Origin: Nannocystis bainbridge
GTDB taxonomy: Bacteria > Myxococcota_A > Polyangia > Nannocystales > Nannocystaceae
DNA: 64,000 bases
NCBI RefSeq assembly: GCF_028368995.1
Contig: NZ_JAQNDL010000001.1
Location: 320,001 to 384,000, forward strand
Direction of reading: 5' to 3'
Below, piece after piece: positions 58,751 to 64,000 of the stretch. A program made the translations under genes and the position numbers. Within the stretch, counting starts at the first letter, position 1. Each line of letters begins with the position of its first letter. The notes under the pieces were generated by a model. That model saw only the letters and a list, made by a program, of their open reading frames with translations, was not told the DNA's origin and ran no database searches.

Positions 58751-60850
58751 GTGACCGACCGCAGCGGCTCCGGCTCGCAGTGGGAGGGCAGCACCGAGGA
58801 CCTCGTCGGGTTCGCCCGCGAGCTCGACAGCCTCGCGCCCGGCTACCCGCGGGCCGGCCAGCCGACGCGGCTGCGAGCCGAGCGCGACGTGCTCGCCGGC
58901 GTCGCCGCGGCCTACACCATCGCCGTCGGCCTCGACCTCGCCTGGTCGCTGATCGTCTGGGACAGCCGCGGCGCCGCCGCTCCGTGGCCGCTGTTCGCCC
59001 TGCTCGTCCCCCACCTCTTCATCCTCACCGCCGCCCTCCTCACCGTCTACGGCGCCCTGCCGGCCGCCCGCTGGCTGCGGCCCGAGGAGCTCGGGCGCCC
59101 GGTCGCGATCAGCGGCGCCTGGCTGGTGCGCGGCTTCGGCTTCCTCGCCGTCCCGCTCTACCCCTTGCTCGACGCCCGCGAGCGCAACGAGCTGCTGCGC
59201 GTCGCCCCGCGCGCCGAGGTCGAACAGGCCGCGCTCGCGCTGCAGCGAGTCCCGCGGATCGTCGCGCGCGCGGTCTTCAGCGGCCTCCTCGTCATCGCCC
59301 TCAGCGACGCGCTGATCGCCCGCAACCCGCTGCAGTGGACCTGGTCGACCACGCTCGCGCACGCCTGCCTGTGGGCCGCGATCGCCGCTCCGCTGGCCGC
59401 CCTCGCCGCCAATTGGGCCCGCCGCTCGGTCCGCGGCGACATCCTCGCCTGCCCGCTGGCCCAGCTGCCGATCGCCGATCGCCCGCCCGCCATGACCCGG
59501 CGCCTGATCGGCTGGGCCGGCCTGTTGCTGCTCGCCGGCGTCACCGCCCCGCTGCTCGGCGCTCACCTGTGGCTGCACGCCCACGCCCGCGCCGACGCCA
59601 TCACCGCCGCCCAGCGCACCGCCGAGGCCCTGATCGAGGTCGCCGGGCCGGCCGACGAGGAGGACCTCGGCCGCCGCCTCGCCCAGGCCCCCGGCGCCAC
59701 CGTCTTCACCGCGCGCGGCGCCGCCTACGGCCCCGACCTGTCCATCAAGCCAGGTGACGACGGCCTCTTCGACGCCGACGGCGACGGCGAGTTCGACCGC
59801 TACGCCGTGCAGCGCGGCGGCGCCCGGGCGATCGTGCGGATGCGCAGCGCCAACGTCACCGACGTCGTCCCGTTCGCCCTCGCCGGCGGCCTCGCCCTGC
59901 TCGCCGGCCTGGTCGCCATCGGCCTGCACGCGCGCCGCAGCGAACGCGACCTCGCCCGCGTGCGCGCCCAGGTCGCCGAGGAGCCGGCCCCCGCACCTCA
60001 GGGCCCCGAGTGGCAGGCGCTCGCGCAGGCGATCGAGGCCCTGGTCGCGCGCATGAACGAGGCCACCATCGCCCGCTTCGTCGCGCTCGAAAAGGCCGAG
60101 GAGACCGACCGCCTGCGCAGCCAGTTCCTCGCCAACATGAGCCACGACCTGCGCTCGCCGCTCAACTCGATCCTCGGCTTCTCCTCGCTGCTCCTGCGCG
60201 GCGTCGACGGCACCCTCGACGGCGAGACCCGCGAGATGGTCGAGACCATCGCCGCCGCCGGCCGCGACCTCCTGCAGCAGATCGACGCCATCCTCGACAT
60301 GGCCCGCATCGAGGCGCGGCGGATCGAGAAGCAGGCCGAGCCCGTGCCGCTGGCCCCGCTGATCTCCAAGGCCGTGCAGCGGGCCCGCAACCGCGGCGGC
60401 GACCACGTCAACTACACCGTCGAGGCCGTGCCCGGCCTGCCGACCGCGTACATCGACCCGCGCCACCTCGTGCAGGCGCTCGAGAACCTGCTGCTGTTCG
60501 CCGGCAAGCGCCTCACCGGCGGCTCGCTCAACATCAAGCTGCGCCGCGGCGACCCCGACGCCCCGCTCGGCCTCCAGCTCCACGTCACCACCCCGCTCAA
60601 GCCCGCCAGCGAGCAGCAGATGGGACTCGCGCGCAAGGGCTTCCACCGCCTCCCCGGCCACCGCGGCCTCGGCCTCGAGCTGCCGATCGCCGACGCCCTG
60701 CTCAAGATCGAGGGCTGCCGCCTCGACGTCCGCGAGGTCGGTCAGGCCATGGTGTTCAAGATCCACCTGCCCGCCGCCGAGGCCCGCAGCCGCGTGCCGC
60801 TGATCGAGCGCGCCCAGCCAGCCGCCGACAGCACCGCCCCGCCGCAGTGA
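58751..60850 (+). CDS. Membrane histidine kinase-like protein with a degenerate ATPase domain
   Basis: H box SHDLRSPLNSI intact; N box reads ENLLLFA; no DxGxG box; G2 region reads GLGLEL. Confidence 0.82.
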   Translation: MTDRSGSGSQWEGSTEDLVGFARELDSLAPGYPRAGQPTRLRAERDVLAGVAAAYTIAVGLDLAWSLIVWDSRGAAAPWPLFALLVPHLFILTAALLTVYGALPAARWLRPEELGRPVAISGAWLVRGFGFLAVPLYPLLDARERNELLRVAPRAEVEQAALALQRVPRIVARAVFSGLLVIALSDALIARNPLQWTWSTTLAHACLWAAIAAPLAALAANWARRSVRGDILACPLAQLPIADRPPAMTRRLIGWAGLLLLAGVTAPLLGAHLWLHAHARADAITAAQRTAEALIEVAGPADEEDLGRRLAQAPGATVFTARGAAYGPDLSIKPGDDGLFDADGDGEFDRYAVQRGGARAIVRMRSANVTDVVPFALAGGLALLAGLVAIGLHARRSERDLARVRAQVAEEPAPAPQGPEWQALAQAIEALVARMNEATIARFVALEKAEETDRLRSQFLANMSHDLRSPLNSILGFSSLLLRGVDGTLDGETREMVETIAAAGRDLLQQIDAILDMARIEARRIEKQAEPVPLAPLISKAVQRARNRGGDHVNYTVEAVPGLPTAYIDPRHLVQALENLLLFAGKRLTGGSLNIKLRRGDPDAPLGLQLHVTTPLKPASEQQMGLARKGFHRLPGHRGLGLELPIADALLKIEGCRLDVREVGQAMVFKIHLPAAEARSRVPLIERAQPAADSTAPPQ

Positions 60851-61082
60851 CATGTCCCAGCGCGCGCAACGGTCTCCGCTGCACGGCGGAGCCCACCGCG
60901 GCGAAGAGAACGGTCCCCACGCCCGCGACGGAGTGCACCGGCCCGGCGGAGCCCACCGCGGGCACGTCGGAGCCCACCGCGAGCACGACGGTGCTCTCCG
61001 AGGGCCCGTTCGCGTCACCGACTGCCTGCCGCAGCCGGGCACTCGCCCGCACGCCCTCTCACGAGCTGCCGCGGCTCGACAC

Positions 61083-61166
61083 TGAGCCTTTGGAAATGCT
61101 CTAAAGGACATGTCCAAAAGATAATGTTCATTTCGACATGCCCTTCACGACATGCCCCAAGGGCCA
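61083..61166. repeat. Array of six 14-bp units
   Basis: tgagcctttggaaa tgctctaaaggaca tgtccaaaagataa tgttcatttcgaca tgcccttcacgaca tgccccaagggcca. Confidence 0.88.
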
Positions 61167-61337
61167 TCTCATTCCGTCCGCGCCGCGCGCCGCGCGGACG
61201 GCCGTCCGTCTCGGACACATCTCCGCGCGCCCGCGCGCACGCTCGCGCGATCACGCGCCGGAAATCGGCGCAGGCTTGCGCGTTGAGCCGCGCAGCGGCC
61301 CGCCTCTATACTGACCGGCGCTGTCTCGGCGAGGCCC

Positions 61338-62408
61338 GTGTCCCAGGAACACCCGCACACTGCCATCGCCCTTCACGCTGTCGGCCAGGAGCTGCGGCGT
61401 CAGGGCAAGTTCGAAGAGGCCCTCGATCACTACCATCGGGCGCTCGCGCTGCAGCGGACCGTCCTCGGGACCAAGCACCCGTACACCGCCAGCACCCTGT
61501 CGGCGATCGGCCAGATCCTGTTCACCCAGGGTCAGCACGTCGCCGCCCTCGATCACCACCGCCAGGCCTTCTCGATCAAGCGCGAGCTGCTCGGCGCGGG
61601 CCACATCTTCACCGCCAACTCCCTGTTCGACCTCGGCCTCGCGCTGTTCGCCGCCGGCCAGCGTGAAGAGGCGCTGGCCGCCTACACCCGGGCCCTCGCC
61701 GTCCAGCTGCGCGCCCTCGGGCCCGGCCACGCGCGCACGATCAGCACCCAGCAGGCGATCGGCGAGCTCCTGCTCGCCGAGGGTCACTTCGCCGACGCGC
61801 TCAGCCACCTCCACGCCGCGCTCACCGGCCTCGAGCAGATGCGCGCCGCCGCCGATCCTGCCGACATCGATCGCCGGCTGATCCCCGTGATCGTCGGCGT
61901 CGGTCAGGTGCTGTTCCAGCAGAACCAGTACGCCGAGTCGCTGGTCCACTACCAGCGCGCGCTCGGCCTCGCCGAGACCCATCGCGGGCCCAACCACGAG
62001 GACACTCTCGGCGTTCTCCACGACCTCGGCCGCGCCCGCGGTCGCGCCGGCGACGTCGAAGGCGCCCTCGATGCCTTCCAGCGCAACCTCGCCGGCCTGC
62101 GCGCGCTCTACGGCGAGAACCACGCCCGCGTCGCCGCCACCCTCAACGCCATCGGCCAGATCCACTACGGCCGCGGCGAGCACCGGGCCGCCCTCGACCA
62201 TTACCGCCAGGCCCTCGAGATCCGCCACCGCGTCCTCGGCTCCGAGCACTGGCTGACCGTCAGCTCGCGCTTCAACTGCGGCACCGCCCTGCGCGAGCTC
62301 GGCGACCCCGTCGGCGCCGTCGAGATGGGCCGCGCCGCCGAGGCCCTCGAGCGCCTCCTCGGCTCCGAGCACCCGCACGTGCAGTCGACCCGCTCCTGGC
62401 TGCGCTGA
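61338..62408 (+). CDS. Tetratricopeptide repeat protein (42-aa kinesin-light-chain-type repeats)
   Basis: Repeated AL..Y.RAL....LG..HP.TA motifs. Confidence 0.88.
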   Translation: MSQEHPHTAIALHAVGQELRRQGKFEEALDHYHRALALQRTVLGTKHPYTASTLSAIGQILFTQGQHVAALDHHRQAFSIKRELLGAGHIFTANSLFDLGLALFAAGQREEALAAYTRALAVQLRALGPGHARTISTQQAIGELLLAEGHFADALSHLHAALTGLEQMRAAADPADIDRRLIPVIVGVGQVLFQQNQYAESLVHYQRALGLAETHRGPNHEDTLGVLHDLGRARGRAGDVEGALDAFQRNLAGLRALYGENHARVAATLNAIGQIHYGRGEHRAALDHYRQALEIRHRVLGSEHWLTVSSRFNCGTALRELGDPVGAVEMGRAAEALERLLGSEHPHVQSTRSWLR

Positions 62409-62720
62409 GCCGGCCGCGCCCCGATGCACGGGGGTTCCGCCGACCTGTCCCGAGGGACACTCGGATCGCTGGCCGCGCCGTCGTGCTCCGCCTCGGCTTC
62501 ACCAGCCTCACTCCCCTCGCCGCTGACATGTCCCGGAGGACAGATTCATCCTCGCACCGCGCAGTTACTTCATTCGTAACCTCGCCAGACACCCGATCGC
62601 GTCGAGATGCTCTTCGAGACAGGTTGGTCGCGCCGAGCGCTCCTCCACTTCGAATCGCGCCGGCAGCCGGCCTACCGGCCCGCGGTTGACCCGCTCACCC
62701 GCGCGAAGTATCACCGGCAC

Positions 62721-63875
62721 ATGCCCCGCGTCCTGCGCCCGCTCTGCCTGCCGGTCCTGGTCGCGCTCGCGTCGGCCTGCTCGCGCCCGGCCGCGCCGGC
62801 CCGGCCCGACCCGCTGACCTTGCTGCCCGGCGACGCCAGCCTGGTCGCCCACGTCGACCTCGCGGCCCTGCGCGCCGCCCCGCTGTGGCAGCAGAACCGC
62901 GCCCTCCTCGACGCCGACCCCGACGCCCGCAAGACCCTCGACGCCCTCGCCGCCTGCCGCGTCCCGTTCGACGGCCTGCGCAGCCTCGACCTGGCCGTCG
63001 CCGCCAACGGGGTCGACGTCGCCGCCGTCGTCATCGGCGACGGCGTCGGCGACCGCGAGCGCATCACCTGTCTCGAAGGGCAGCTCCCCGATCGCGGCCT
63101 GCGGCTCGACGTCAGCGGCCCCGAGCCGGTCGTCGTCCTCGGCAGCGCGCGCGGACGGATCGTCGGCCCCGACGTCCTCGTGCTCGGCACGGCCGGCTGG
63201 GCGCAGCAGCTCGACGCCCTGCGCGCCGGCACCGGCACCAGCGCGGCCGCCGGCCCGCTGCAGCCGCTGCTCGCCCGCGTCGCCGCCGACCGCCCGATCT
63301 GGTTCGCCGGCCAGGTCCCCACCCGCGCCGCCGTCTCGCTCGCGCCGGCCCTGTCCGGCCTCGAGCAGGTCCGCGGCGCCCTCGACCTGCGCGATGGCCT
63401 CGGCGTCGAGCTCGCCCTCGGCATGCACAGCGAGGATGTCGCCGGCGCCACGCTGGCCGGGCTCAAGAAGCAATTCGAGGCCCTGCGCGGCGCCGGCCTC
63501 CCGCCCGCGATCCTGGACCGCGTCGGCCTCGGCCAGACGGGCCGCGAGGTCACGGTCGAGGTCCGCCTGGGCATGGCCGAGATCGCCGCCCTGCACACCC
63601 TCGCCGAGGCCCTGCGCCCCGCGCCCGCGCCCTCGCCGACGCCCGCCTCGTCGACCTCGCCGGCGCCCACGCCCTCGTCCGCTTCGTCGCCCTCGCCCGC
63701 GCCAACGCCCGCGCCCGCCGCATCGCCCTCGTCCGCACCCACGCCCTCGCCCGCGCCAACGCCCGCGCCCGCCATGCCGCCCGCGCCCGCCGCATCGCCC
63801 TCGCCCGCGCCCTCGTCCGCCCCGGCTCTCACGCGCGAGCCTCCAGTCACGCCCGCCCCGGCGCCCGCGCCCTGA
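62721..63875 (+). CDS. Hypothetical lipoprotein with Pro/Ala/Ser-rich C-terminal repeats
   Basis: LASAC lipobox, LLPGDA..V..VDL..LR motif, and tail of SPSPAPTPAPA repeats at about 63615-63870. Confidence 0.75.
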   Translation: MPRVLRPLCLPVLVALASACSRPAAPARPDPLTLLPGDASLVAHVDLAALRAAPLWQQNRALLDADPDARKTLDALAACRVPFDGLRSLDLAVAANGVDVAAVVIGDGVGDRERITCLEGQLPDRGLRLDVSGPEPVVVLGSARGRIVGPDVLVLGTAGWAQQLDALRAGTGTSAAAGPLQPLLARVAADRPIWFAGQVPTRAAVSLAPALSGLEQVRGALDLRDGLGVELALGMHSEDVAGATLAGLKKQFEALRGAGLPPAILDRVGLGQTGREVTVEVRLGMAEIAALHTLAEALRPAPAPSPTPASSTSPAPTPSSASSPSPAPTPAPAASPSSAPTPSPAPTPAPAMPPAPAASPSPAPSSAPALTREPPVTPAPAPAP

Positions 63876-64000
63876 AGCGTCCGTCTCGCTTACCGCGGCT
63901 CCAGGGCTCGCCTGTCGCGCGCGCAAGCCTTCGCCCTCGCTGCGCCGCGCCCGTCGACGCCCGCGCACCTTCGCGCCATACTCGCGACGTGCACGTCCGC

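Overview
Very GC-rich window with the gene content of a myxobacterium (MYXO-CTERM protein, cysteine-rich CGDxxxxxxEECDDGN repeats, AgmX-like protein, oxidosqualene cyclase). Assignment to Nannocystaceae is an inference. It is mostly core chromosome: hrcA-grpE-dnaK-dnaJ, hemW, gpsA, pyrB-carA, apt, surE, tRNA-Pro(GGG), merR, ihfA, pspA, holB, thrB and etfBA, plus lipoproteins and signalling genes. No transposase, integrase or CRISPR-Cas is visible. The strongest unexplained signal is non-coding: a 14-bp quasi-palindrome, TGYCC-N4-GGACA. It forms strictly phased head-to-tail arrays of up to 6 units in more than 20 intergenic regions and also occurs inside many coding sequences, sometimes against the local codon bias. 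Other points of interest are two further intergenic repeat arrays, a stand-alone oxidosqualene cyclase with atypical specificity residues preceded by a 75-bp uvrC-like scar, and several apparent pseudoenzymes (Thg1-like protein, histidine kinase with a degenerate ATPase domain, ETF-alpha-like and ATP-grasp proteins). All calls were made by eye from motifs, with no database searches. Start codons are best guesses.
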